Of a stretch of DNA of 64,000 nt, positions 27,283 through 35,788 are shown one piece after another. The notes under the pieces were generated by a model that made no database searches, was not told the origin of the DNA, and worked only from the letters and a program-made list of their open reading frames with translations. Each line of letters opens with the position of its first letter. The stretch's first letter is position 1. The position numbers were made by a program, and so were the translations under genes. Origin of the DNA: Anaerolineae bacterium (GTDB lineage: Bacteria > Chloroflexota > Anaerolineae > Aggregatilineales > Phototrophicaceae); NCBI GenBank assembly GCA_046328655.1, contig JAXLWE010000033.1:502-64501 (forward strand), written 5' to 3'.

Positions 27283-27291
27283 TTATCCACA
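27283..27291 (+). promoter_or_regulatory. Consensus DnaA box overlapping the putative recX-rny promoter
   Basis: TTATCCACA; one-mismatch GTTTGCACA at 27301-27309. Confidence 0.4.
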
Positions 27292-27423
27292 ATTTAAGCG
27301 GTTTGCACAACATTTACTTTTGCCTTGCGGTCGGCGCGCGCGAATAATCGGTCGATTACGGTTCCGGTACTCCCACTTTTTGTCAACGATGACTACAATG
27401 GGCGCGTAGAGTCAGAGGGGCGC

Positions 27424-28209
27424 ATGATCGCAAAACAACGGGTGCTCGTCACGGGCGGTGGGACATTTCTGGGCGACACTATTGCCGCCGCGCTGCTGTC
27501 CGAAGGAGTCGACGTGACGCTGCTGGTTCGCCCGGACGCCGAAGACAAGCTCGGAGCGATGGCGCAGCGCGCCCGCTGGTACACCGCCGACGTATGGGAC
27601 CCCGCCAGCCTGAAAGGGCGAGCACGCGGGCATAACAGCGTGATCCACACCGTCGGCAGCCTGACCGCTGATCCCGCGCAGGGCTTGACCTTCCAGTGGC
27701 TGAATTTCGTGTCGGCGCGCAACGTCGCCAACATGTGCGTCAGCAGCGGCGTGCCCCACATGGTGCTGATGAGCAGCGTGCGCGCGCCGTGGGTGAGCCG
27801 CCAGTACATCGCCGCCAAGCGCGAAGCCGAAGCCTATATCCCGCGCGTCGGTCTGCGCGCGACCATCATCCGCGCCCCGATTGCCTACATGCGCGGCGTG
27901 CGCCGCAGTCCATTCTACGGGCTGATGAGCCTGCTGGGGTCGATCCCGCCGCTGTCGTGGCTGTGGTTCCGGCGCGTCGCCCCGCTGCCGGTCGACGTAA
28001 TCGCGCGGGGAGTCGCCCGTATCGCCATCGAGCCGCGCCAGCAGAACGCCATCTTCTATGCCCGCGACCTGCGCAGGCGCAATTCCAGCCGGGAATTGCG
28101 GCGCGGCATCTCCGAGCGCGAGTTTCAGGTCGAGCAGCGCCATCTGTTCTATCCGCAGGACGAGGACGCCCCGTTCGGCTGGCTGCCCCCGAAAGACGAG
28201 CGGGACTAG
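27424..28209 (+). CDS. Atypical SDR / NAD(P)H-binding protein
   Basis: VLVTGGGTFLG Rossmann motif, YIAAK, TIIRAP. Confidence 0.85.
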   Translation: MIAKQRVLVTGGGTFLGDTIAAALLSEGVDVTLLVRPDAEDKLGAMAQRARWYTADVWDPASLKGRARGHNSVIHTVGSLTADPAQGLTFQWLNFVSARNVANMCVSSGVPHMVLMSSVRAPWVSRQYIAAKREAEAYIPRVGLRATIIRAPIAYMRGVRRSPFYGLMSLLGSIPPLSWLWFRRVAPLPVDVIARGVARIAIEPRQQNAIFYARDLRRRNSSRELRRGISEREFQVEQRHLFYPQDEDAPFGWLPPKDERD

Positions 28210-28270
28210 CTCGAATTGAACCGAGTTTTCGTCGGGGCGTTCAATGAGGGCGCTCAAAAAGGTTGTTTGA

Positions 28271-28398
28271 CCCCTCATCCCCAGCAACCTTCGGTTGCTA
28301 TCCCCTTCTCCCCGCTTGTGTGGGAGAAGGGGGAACGCCGTCCCTCGCCCCGTTTACGTGGGAGAGGGGCAGGACGAGCAGCGTCCGGGGTGAGGGGG
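28271..28398. repeat. Palindromic repeat family B, compound copy between convergent genes
   Basis: CCCCTCATCCCC...GCAACCTTCGGTTGC...CCCCTTCTCCC..GGGAGAAGGGG...GGGGTGAGGGG. Confidence 0.8.
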
Positions 28399-28448
28399 TC
28401 TTTAGACACCTTCATGCCTCGCCCCTACGCAATCTATTGGGGAATTAG

Positions 28449-29045
28449 TCACACAATCCGCGCCAGTTCGAGCGCGCTGAACACCAGCAGCAGGCACAGA
28501 CAGATATTCAATACCAGCTTGGCGCGTGGGCTGCGCAGGTACTGCTTGATGATCGTCCCGAACAGCGCCCACAGCGACGTTGACACGAACGACGCCAGCG
28601 TCAGCCCGATCACGGCGATCAGCAGTTGCAGGGGCAGGGCGGCGAACCCGGCGAAGAACGTCGAGAACAGCGTCAGCCCGAACACGATCAGCTTGGGATT
28701 CAGAAATTGCAGCAGGAGTCCCTGCGTGAACCCCATCGGCTTGACCGTCTCTGCGTCAAACGTGTAGCTCGCTTTCAGGATTCCGTATGCCAGGTACAGC
28801 ATGTATGCCGCGCCGACATAGCGCGGCACCGATTCGAGCGCGGGCAGCAGGTTGAGCATGACTGCCGACAGCACGCCGCAGATCGTGATCACGATCAGGA
28901 AGCCGCCCGACATGCCGAAGATGTAGTTGAGCGTGCGCCGGTAGCCGTGCAGCACGCTCATCGCCGCGCTGGAAATGTTGTTCGGACCCGGCGTGAACAC
29001 CGAAATGACAATAAAGCTCAACGCCGCGACGAGATCGGTTGACAT
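28449..29045 (-). CDS. LysE-family amino-acid exporter
   Basis: TPGPNN, GAAYMLYLA, GLLLQFLNPK. Confidence 0.92.
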   Translation of the reverse strand: MSTDLVAALSFIVISVFTPGPNNISSAAMSVLHGYRRTLNYIFGMSGGFLIVITICGVLSAVMLNLLPALESVPRYVGAAYMLYLAYGILKASYTFDAETVKPMGFTQGLLLQFLNPKLIVFGLTLFSTFFAGFAALPLQLLIAVIGLTLASFVSTSLWALFGTIIKQYLRSPRAKLVLNICLCLLLVFSALELARIV

Positions 29046-29093
29046 GGCTGCTGTTTCCTCGGTTTTTCGGACTGCGAAAGGTTGTGGGGCGCG

Positions 29094-29918
29094 TTATCTG
29101 GCGACCTGCCGGGCATATATGCCGGGCGTGACGCCGATGATCTGCTTAAAGCGCTGCGTGAAGTGGCTCTGGCTGCCGAAACCCACGTCGTAGGCGACCT
29201 GCGCCAGCGGCTGACCTTCGGCGAGCAGCCGCTGGGCGTGGCGCACGCGCACGCTTTCCAGATAGACGTGCGGCGGCATCCCTGTCGCCTCGCGGAAGAT
29301 GTGCAGCAGGTAGTAGCGGCTGAAATGCACGTGATCGGCAAGCTGCGACAGCGAGATCGGCTGCGCGTAGTTCTCGTCGATGTAATCGCGCACCTTCTGA
29401 ACCGCGTCCGGCTCGCTGCCGGGCATATGCTCGGTCGATTTCAGCCCGCCGAAGCGCTTGATCAACTCGGCGAGCGTCAGCAGGAAGCGCGATTCGGCTT
29501 CGAGTGGGTGCAGATTGCCGCGAAAGGCGGCGAACAGTGAGCGAATCCAGCGGCTCATCTGGGCATCGTCGGCGCGCGGCACGGTGAACGTCGGCGGCTG
29601 CAACCCACGCCCGCCGATTTCGGCGGAGACAAGCTGCATGTGCTCAATCGTCGGGTAGAACGCCCGGTAGACGAATCCGTGTTCGTCGACAGGCTCGCCA
29701 GTGTGCATCTCGCCGGGATTCAGCAGGATCAGCCCGTCGACCGGCGTGAAGTAGCGCCTGCCTTCGAGGGTGAAAGACTGCACGCCGCTGTCCACCACCG
29801 CGACGACGTAGTAATCGTGGCTGTGGCGCGGGTAAGCGTGCACGGCGTGATACGCCTGCAGGCAGCTCACGTTCAATTCCCGATGATGCCACAGCTGAGT
29901 CCAGTCGTTCTGGTTCAT
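29094..29918 (-). CDS. AraC-family transcriptional regulator
   Basis: YPRHSHD cupin; FREATGMPP; GFGSQSHFTQRFK..GVTP. Confidence 0.95.
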   Translation of the reverse strand: MNQNDWTQLWHHRELNVSCLQAYHAVHAYPRHSHDYYVVAVVDSGVQSFTLEGRRYFTPVDGLILLNPGEMHTGEPVDEHGFVYRAFYPTIEHMQLVSAEIGGRGLQPPTFTVPRADDAQMSRWIRSLFAAFRGNLHPLEAESRFLLTLAELIKRFGGLKSTEHMPGSEPDAVQKVRDYIDENYAQPISLSQLADHVHFSRYYLLHIFREATGMPPHVYLESVRVRHAQRLLAEGQPLAQVAYDVGFGSQSHFTQRFKQIIGVTPGIYARQVAR

Positions 29919-30059
29919 CGTTCTCTACGAGCTATCGTGTTTGTCCGGTGTCGCGTGTCGACCTGAAGAATCATACCATCGCATTGGCGCGCGGTATTTC
30001 ACAAAATTGCTTTGTTGGCGGCTCGTAGGCTACCAATGCAAATCTGCCGGGGAGTTCTT

Positions 30060-30085
30060 GTAGGGGCAGATCTGCGTGTCTGCCC
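30060..30085. repeat. GTAG-type REP (family A), one-sided
   Basis: GTAGGGGCAGA...TCTGCCC. Confidence 0.7.
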
Positions 30086-30090
30086 AAAAT

Positions 30091-30717
30091 CTAGATGGTT
30101 GTCTGCGACCTGTCGTCGTACAGGCGAAGCTCGGCGGCGTGCTCCGCGCCCATGTGCTCAAGCTGGAGCAGCCACAGCGTCCAGCCCATCGTGATGTTTT
30201 CGAGCAGGACTCCGTTGTGCAGGCGTTTCTGCCAGGGCAGGGTTTGTTCGAGGCGCTGCGCGTTCAGCAGCCACTCGTCGGCGAACAGCGCGTGGAGCGC
30301 CTGCGCCGAGTCGCGCGCCAGGTCGTGAAGCTGCTCCCACGACCACGACGCCTGTTTCTCCGCCTGAAAAGCGTTGAAATCGTCGACGCTGGCGAATGTC
30401 AGCACCGTCCCGTCCGGCTCGACGTAGTTTTCGATGCTCGTGACCGCGCGCGGATGCCGGAGTCCCGCCAGAATATCGCCCGCCGAGAGGATGGCGTAGC
30501 GATCCCACTCGCCGATGTGCCCGATAAGTTGACCGAGCGTGCACTGGTCGTCGCCCTGATTGACGGGTTGAAGGGCGTCGGCTGGTGTGATGCTGTCGAG
30601 CACGGTCAGGTAGCGATCCAGCACAGCGGTGTGCAGCTCGCAGTAGAGGGCGTGACGCACGTCCGGCGGCTGCGCCGCGCCCTCGATCACCTGCTCGTAA
30701 AACCAGTCGACATTCAT
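30091..30717 (-). CDS. DinB/ClbS-like four-helix-bundle protein
   Basis: TLGQLIGHIGEWD, VDDFNA, C-terminal EHMGAEH His pair. Confidence 0.7.
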   Translation of the reverse strand: MNVDWFYEQVIEGAAQPPDVRHALYCELHTAVLDRYLTVLDSITPADALQPVNQGDDQCTLGQLIGHIGEWDRYAILSAGDILAGLRHPRAVTSIENYVEPDGTVLTFASVDDFNAFQAEKQASWSWEQLHDLARDSAQALHALFADEWLLNAQRLEQTLPWQKRLHNGVLLENITMGWTLWLLQLEHMGAEHAAELRLYDDRSQTTI

Positions 30718-30725
30718 CCCACGCG

Positions 30726-31409
30726 CTATTCTTCCTTGAGGATCACCTCGCTGCCATACGCGGTGGTGGCAGCGCTCATGGCGTCGGTCGTCACCGGCAG
30801 ATCGACGTACAAACCACCGCAAAAGTCGTAGTCATCGCCGTCCTCGCGGTACTGGCAGACTTCGACGCGCAGACGCACGGCGGTGAAATTCCCGGCGGTG
30901 ATCTGGAACGACTGCTGCATGTGCCGGTTGGTGAGCTTGAGCTGCGTTTCGAGCGGGCGGCGCGGCTCGCCATTGACGACCGCCAGCCGCATCAGCAGGT
31001 TGGCGGGTTCGGTCAGGTATTCGTCCTCGTCCGCTTCGGCGAAGCCCAGCGCGATCTCAGTCGGCTTCCCGGCGGTGAGCGCGTTCGGCGCGACCACCAC
31101 CAGATGCCGCCGCAGGAAGCGCGCGTCGCCGCCGCTGGCGGGCGTGCCCGTCAGGTCGCTTCCGTAGGATTTGACCTCCTCGACCACGCGCCGCCCCTGA
31201 TCAGTCAGGCGGTAGACCTGATCGCCGCTCATGATCAGATAATTCTTGGTGACCAGCCGCCGGATGCCTTTGCCGAAGCCCCGGTCGCTCAAGCCCGCCC
31301 CGTCGACGATCTCGTCGGCGTGCGCCGAATCGGCGTCGAGCGTGGCGAAGTAGCGCAGAATGTCAATTGCCTCCGGCGGGAGTGCTTGCAGGTTGTAAGG
31401 CATCTCCAT
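30726..31409 (-). CDS. Winged-helix N-terminal domain plus beta-sandwich C-terminal domain protein
   Basis: AIDILRYF...GLSDRGFGKGIRRLVTKNYL...YRLTDQG wHTH pattern. Confidence 0.7.
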   Translation of the reverse strand: MEMPYNLQALPPEAIDILRYFATLDADSAHADEIVDGAGLSDRGFGKGIRRLVTKNYLIMSGDQVYRLTDQGRRVVEEVKSYGSDLTGTPASGGDARFLRRHLVVVAPNALTAGKPTEIALGFAEADEDEYLTEPANLLMRLAVVNGEPRRPLETQLKLTNRHMQQSFQITAGNFTAVRLRVEVCQYREDGDDYDFCGGLYVDLPVTTDAMSAATTAYGSEVILKEE

Positions 31410-31439
31410 ACAGCGTCATCCTGTGCTATCGGCGGCGAA

Positions 31440-32753
31440 TTAAAGCGGGACTACGCGGGCGAGTCCCTGACGCGGCGCGGTGGCGTGGCGCGTATCCACC
31501 ACCAGCCTACTATGATCCAGAACATGCTGCCAGTCGTATGCTGTGTGGTCGGTCACGATCACCACGCAGTCGGCGCTTTCCAGCAGCGCGGCGCTGTAGT
31601 CGCTGCGCTCCATGATGGCGTCGTTTTCCAGCCGCACCTTCGGCACGTAAGGATCGTGGAACACGACCTTCGCGCCGCGCTTTTCCAGCAGCCCGATCAC
31701 GTCCAGCGCCGGGCTTTCGCGCACGTCGTCGATGTCGCGCTTGTAGGCGACGCCCAGCACCACGACCTTCGAGCCGCGCACGGCTTTGCTCTCGTCGTTG
31801 AGCGCTGCCGTCACCTTTTCGACCACGTATTCCGGCATCGATGTGTTGATCTCGCTGGCGAGTTCGATGAAGCGGGCGGTGTAGTTCAGCGTCTTGAGCT
31901 TCCAGCTCAGGTACAGCGGGTCAATCGGGATACAGTGACCGCCCAATCCGGGACCGGGATAAAACGGCATGAAGCCGAACGGCTTGCTCGACGCCGCGCG
32001 GATCACTTCCCACACGTCCACGCCGAGCTTGTCGCACATGACCGCCATTTCGTTGACCAGACCGATGTTGACGGCGCGGAAGGTGTTCTCCAGCAGCTTG
32101 ACCATCTCGGCGGCGGTGGGCGACGATACCGGCACGACCTCGTTGATGGCTGCGCCGTACAGCGCCTGCGTCACCTCGACGCAGTCGGGCGTCACCCCGC
32201 CGATCACTTTGGGCGTGTTGCGCACGCCGTAGCGGGCGTTGCCGGGGTCGATACGTTCCGGCGAGAAGGCGACGAACACGTTTTCGCCCGGCGTGAAGCC
32301 GACTTCCTGCAATTTGGGCAGGATGATCTCGTTGGTCGTGCCGGGGTAGGTGGTGCTTTCCAGGATGATCAGCATTCCCTCGTGGCAGATTTCGGCAATC
32401 GCGTTGACGGAATCGACCACGTAGGACATGTCGGGGTCTTTAGTCTTGAGCAGCGGCGTCGGCACGCAGATGCTGACCGAATCTGCCGTGCGCAAATCTT
32501 CATACGAGGTGCTGGCGCACAGCTTGCCGCTTTCGACCAGCGGCTTCAGGCGCTCGGTAGGGATGTCGGCGATGTAGCTTTCGCCCCGATTCAGTTGCTG
32601 GACTTTCCACGCGCTCAGGTCGACGCCGATCACCGAAAAGCCGACTTCGGCGAACTCGACCGCCAGCGGCAGCCCGACGTAGCCCAAGCCGACAATGCCG
32701 ACTTTGGCTTCACGCCGGTTGATCCGTTCCAGCAGCGCTTCTTTGACAGTCAT
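31440..32753 (-). CDS. Nucleotide-sugar dehydrogenase (UDP-GlcNAc/UDP-ManNAc 6-dehydrogenase family)
   Basis: GLGYVGLP, CVPTP, ESTTYPG, SPERIDPG, GGHCIPIDP, DVRESP. Confidence 0.95.
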   Translation of the reverse strand: MTVKEALLERINRREAKVGIVGLGYVGLPLAVEFAEVGFSVIGVDLSAWKVQQLNRGESYIADIPTERLKPLVESGKLCASTSYEDLRTADSVSICVPTPLLKTKDPDMSYVVDSVNAIAEICHEGMLIILESTTYPGTTNEIILPKLQEVGFTPGENVFVAFSPERIDPGNARYGVRNTPKVIGGVTPDCVEVTQALYGAAINEVVPVSSPTAAEMVKLLENTFRAVNIGLVNEMAVMCDKLGVDVWEVIRAASSKPFGFMPFYPGPGLGGHCIPIDPLYLSWKLKTLNYTARFIELASEINTSMPEYVVEKVTAALNDESKAVRGSKVVVLGVAYKRDIDDVRESPALDVIGLLEKRGAKVVFHDPYVPKVRLENDAIMERSDYSAALLESADCVVIVTDHTAYDWQHVLDHSRLVVDTRHATAPRQGLARVVPL

Positions 32754-32872
32754 ACAGGCTTCTTTCTTGAATAATGCCTCGAATACGTTCAGACAACGCT
32801 GCGGAATTATAGCCCTAACGAAAATCGGCTTCAAGACGGCGGTACGGCGGGGCGGGGCGAAGATGGGGATAT

Positions 32873-32922
32873 GTAGGGGCGATGCATTGTCTCGCCCAGG
32901 GCACGACATGTCGTGCCCCTAC
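32873..32922. repeat. GTAG-type REP doublet (family A)
   Basis: GTAGGGGCGA..TCGCCC + GGGCACGACATGTCGTGCCCCTAC. Confidence 0.85.
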
Positions 32923-33033
32923 AGGCAGCATACCTCAGCGGCTTAGCTCATTTCCTACAGGTGTCGCCCCCTAAGAGACGAAGGGGAGGGTAGTATGCGC
33001 CCGTCCAGCAGCAATGAGCTATCCCCGCATCGG

Positions 33034-33071
33034 AAAATAAAATCGTCAGGGACGACGACCGTCCCTGACGA
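33034..33071 (-). terminator. Intrinsic terminator of the PDZ gene
   Basis: 12-bp perfect stem TCGTCAGGGACG/CGTCCCTGACGA followed by TTTTATTTT on minus strand. Confidence 0.85.
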
Positions 33072-33113
33072 CTCCTGGGGGATGTATCTCGCGGGAGCGA
33101 GCTGCTTGCGAAT

Positions 33114-34346
33114 TTAGGCGTTGGGCACGACTTCCGGCGTCGCCTCCTGAGCGGGCGTGTTATCGAACGGGAAGCCGCCGTTCCCACCCCGGAAGGGTAG
33201 GAAGTTCTGGAACATGTCCGACATGTCGGACATCATCGGCTGCCCCAGCGTCACCTGAATATCCTGCGAAGCGCCGTCGCGCAGCACCGACAGGGTGATG
33301 GTGTCGCCCGGCTCGTAAGCGATCAGCCGGTCGCGCAGGGTGTGTTCTTCGTCCACCGCTTCGTTGTTGACGGCGGTGATCACGTCGTTGACCAGCAATC
33401 CGGCGTCGGCGGCGGGCGAGCTGTCGGCGACTTCGGTGATCAGCGCGCCTTCGGTCACGCTCAGGTTGTTCGCCTGGGCGACCTGCGCGTCAATCGTCTG
33501 GAAGGTAACGCCCAGCCGACCGTTGCCGTAGCTGAACATCGGCATCTGCTGCGAGAAGTTGTGCGGCATCTCATCCATGCCGAAGCGCATCACGCCCATG
33601 CCGACCAGATCGCTCAGGTCGCTGACGCTGACCTGAATATCCTGCGAAGCGCCGTCGCGCTCCACCGTGACCGTCACGGTCGCGTCGCTGCTCAGCGATT
33701 GCAGGTGCTGGAACAGGCTCGCCGGGTCGACCGCTTCGCCGTCAATCGCCGTGATCACGTCACCTTCGCGCAGTCCGGCGGTGTACAGCGGGCTGTCCTC
33801 GGAAAGCTGGGTGATCGTCCACGTCTGGCTGGTGGCATCGTAGCTCAGACCGAGCGCACGCCCCATGTTCATGCCGAGGTTGTCACGACCGTTGCCACGA
33901 CCGGGGCGAGTCGACTGCATCATCTGCTCCGGCGTTTGCGCGCCGAGCGTCGCCGTCAACGTCATGGTATCGCTGCCGCGCGTCACGTCAACCGTGACCG
34001 CGTCGCCGACGCTCAGCGCCGCGATTGCGGTCTTGGCGTCTTCGACGGTGGCGATAGACGTGCCGTTGATGGCGGTGATGACGTCACCCGCCTGGAAACC
34101 GGCATCCGCCGCTGCCGAGCCGTCCAGCACTTCGGCGACGGTCACGCCGTTGTCGGTGTCCTGAAGCGAGACCCCCAGGAACGGGTGCTGCGCCGCCGGT
34201 TCGGGCATGGTCGCCTCAGCCGTGCTGGCGGCAGCCGGTTCCTCGGTGCTGGTCGCGTCCTGCTGCGCCGAGACGGCGCTCAAGACCACCGCGCTCATCA
34301 CGAGCACGACGGCGAGAATAGACAGATTCCGTAATTTGGTGTTCAT
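33114..34346 (-). CDS. Secreted protein with three PDZ domains, no protease domain
   Basis: Signal peptide (VSA-QQD); three (F/A/R)LG...S(A/P)...AG..GDVITA repeats. Confidence 0.88.
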   Translation of the reverse strand: MNTKLRNLSILAVVLVMSAVVLSAVSAQQDATSTEEPAAASTAEATMPEPAAQHPFLGVSLQDTDNGVTVAEVLDGSAAADAGFQAGDVITAINGTSIATVEDAKTAIAALSVGDAVTVDVTRGSDTMTLTATLGAQTPEQMMQSTRPGRGNGRDNLGMNMGRALGLSYDATSQTWTITQLSEDSPLYTAGLREGDVITAIDGEAVDPASLFQHLQSLSSDATVTVTVERDGASQDIQVSVSDLSDLVGMGVMRFGMDEMPHNFSQQMPMFSYGNGRLGVTFQTIDAQVAQANNLSVTEGALITEVADSSPAADAGLLVNDVITAVNNEAVDEEHTLRDRLIAYEPGDTITLSVLRDGASQDIQVTLGQPMMSDMSDMFQNFLPFRGGNGGFPFDNTPAQEATPEVVPNA

Positions 34347-34501
34347 TGATTGGCTTTCCCTTCTACCGAATACATCCCGGAAATCAGTCGATTTCCTTCG
34401 TTTGATTCAGGTAGTACGGTACAGCCGCTTGCTGAAGCCAGAATGAGACAAATGCAAAATATCTGTAAACTACGTGCGCAACGGGGCTTGCGAGGGATTT
34501 C

Positions 34502-34526
34502 GTAGGGGTGAGGCATCGCCTCGCCC
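34502..34526. repeat. GTAG-type REP (family A)
   Basis: GTAGGGGTGAGGC-atc-GCCTCGCCC. Confidence 0.75.
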
Positions 34527-34532
34527 GCCTTT

Positions 34533-35687
34533 TCACACCATATGCTGTTCGGTTTCGCGGATCAACTGGTTCAGCCAGTCCATGAACACCGTCCCGCCCG
34601 TGCCGAGCGGATTCTGCACTTTTTCGGCGATGTAGGTGGTCGCGTAGTGGAAGTGCAGGCGGCGGAATTCCAGCACCTGCCGCAGACATTCGTTGTAGAT
34701 TTCCGCCAGCGAGCGGTTGGTGCGGTGGCGCAGCACGGCGTCGCGGATGACCGACGTGCCCATTTGGGCGATGAAGTCGCGGTGCGGCTTGGGCATGTAG
34801 TTTTTCATGATTTCAAGGTGCTGGGTCAAGCCGGTCGTCTCGTGCTGCAAGCCGAGCGCCGCCACCATCACCGGGACAATCGAGCTTTGCGCCCCGGTCT
34901 GCCCGCGAAAGCTCTGCGGCTGCCCGCCGAACGTGCCCTCGTAGACCACGTTGTTGAAGCCGAAGATGTACGGGCGCACGTTGAAATAGTACACGTCCGA
35001 ATCGCAGCCTTCCGGCATCCGGTGGAAGGTGGCGACCATCCGGCGCAGGCTGTAGATCACCGCCGTCAGCGCTGTTTCGAGCGTCTCGGCGTCGTCGCGC
35101 CCGGCGGCGTCCGTCGCCTTCTGGATGTTGATCAGCGCGTCGGCGGCGCGGGCTTCGATGTCCACGTGGATGCGGATGAACCATGATTCATCCTTGTTGC
35201 CCAAAAACTGCTGCACCAGCCGCGTGTTGTCGACCGTGATCGCGCCGTTCGGGTCGATGCGCTCCCAGTTGCCCAGCACGTAGCTGGAATACGACAGGAT
35301 CGGCGGGCGCTCGACCATGTCGGCAAGCTGCACCAGCGGCACGGCGACCCCCGCCGGAATCCGGTGCGCGGCTTCTTCGTGGGTGGCGTACACGAACGCG
35401 CTGGCGAAGTACGAGTACATCTGCATCAGCCGCTCGACGACGCGGGAATCGACCTCGTCCAGCACCGAGTGCAGCGCCCACAGGTCGACCACCGGCAGTT
35501 CTTCCAGCGCCCGCCGGACGCGCCGCGTCTCCAGCAGGTCGGGCAGCTCGGCGGCGAGCGTTTCGGCGTGCGCCAGCGCCGACGCCGGGATCGGGAAGCC
35601 GTCGAGGGCGTCGCGCAGCCGCACCACCGGGTCAGGATTGATCAAGCAGCCGCGATCCGTCCAGATTTGCCAGCAATCCTGACGCAT
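34533..35687 (-). CDS. Indoleamine 2,3-dioxygenase family heme protein
   Basis: RPPILSY, DESWFIRIH, RGQTGAQSS, YMPKPHR, FRRLH (proximal His), GTGGT. Confidence 0.88.
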   Translation of the reverse strand: MRQDCWQIWTDRGCLINPDPVVRLRDALDGFPIPASALAHAETLAAELPDLLETRRVRRALEELPVVDLWALHSVLDEVDSRVVERLMQMYSYFASAFVYATHEEAAHRIPAGVAVPLVQLADMVERPPILSYSSYVLGNWERIDPNGAITVDNTRLVQQFLGNKDESWFIRIHVDIEARAADALINIQKATDAAGRDDAETLETALTAVIYSLRRMVATFHRMPEGCDSDVYYFNVRPYIFGFNNVVYEGTFGGQPQSFRGQTGAQSSIVPVMVAALGLQHETTGLTQHLEIMKNYMPKPHRDFIAQMGTSVIRDAVLRHRTNRSLAEIYNECLRQVLEFRRLHFHYATTYIAEKVQNPLGTGGTVFMDWLNQLIRETEQHMV

Positions 35688-35788
35688 GAACCACCTCTAT
35701 CCGCTTAGTCTGTGGAAATCGACTCCCACCATAGCATAGATTGCACAAATCGGATAGTGGTGAAATTGTGCAGTTCGTATAGAGGTCG

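Noticed and set aside
27283-27309. Replication origin
   Set aside because: Only one perfect and one imperfect DnaA box; no dnaA/dnaN and no box cluster
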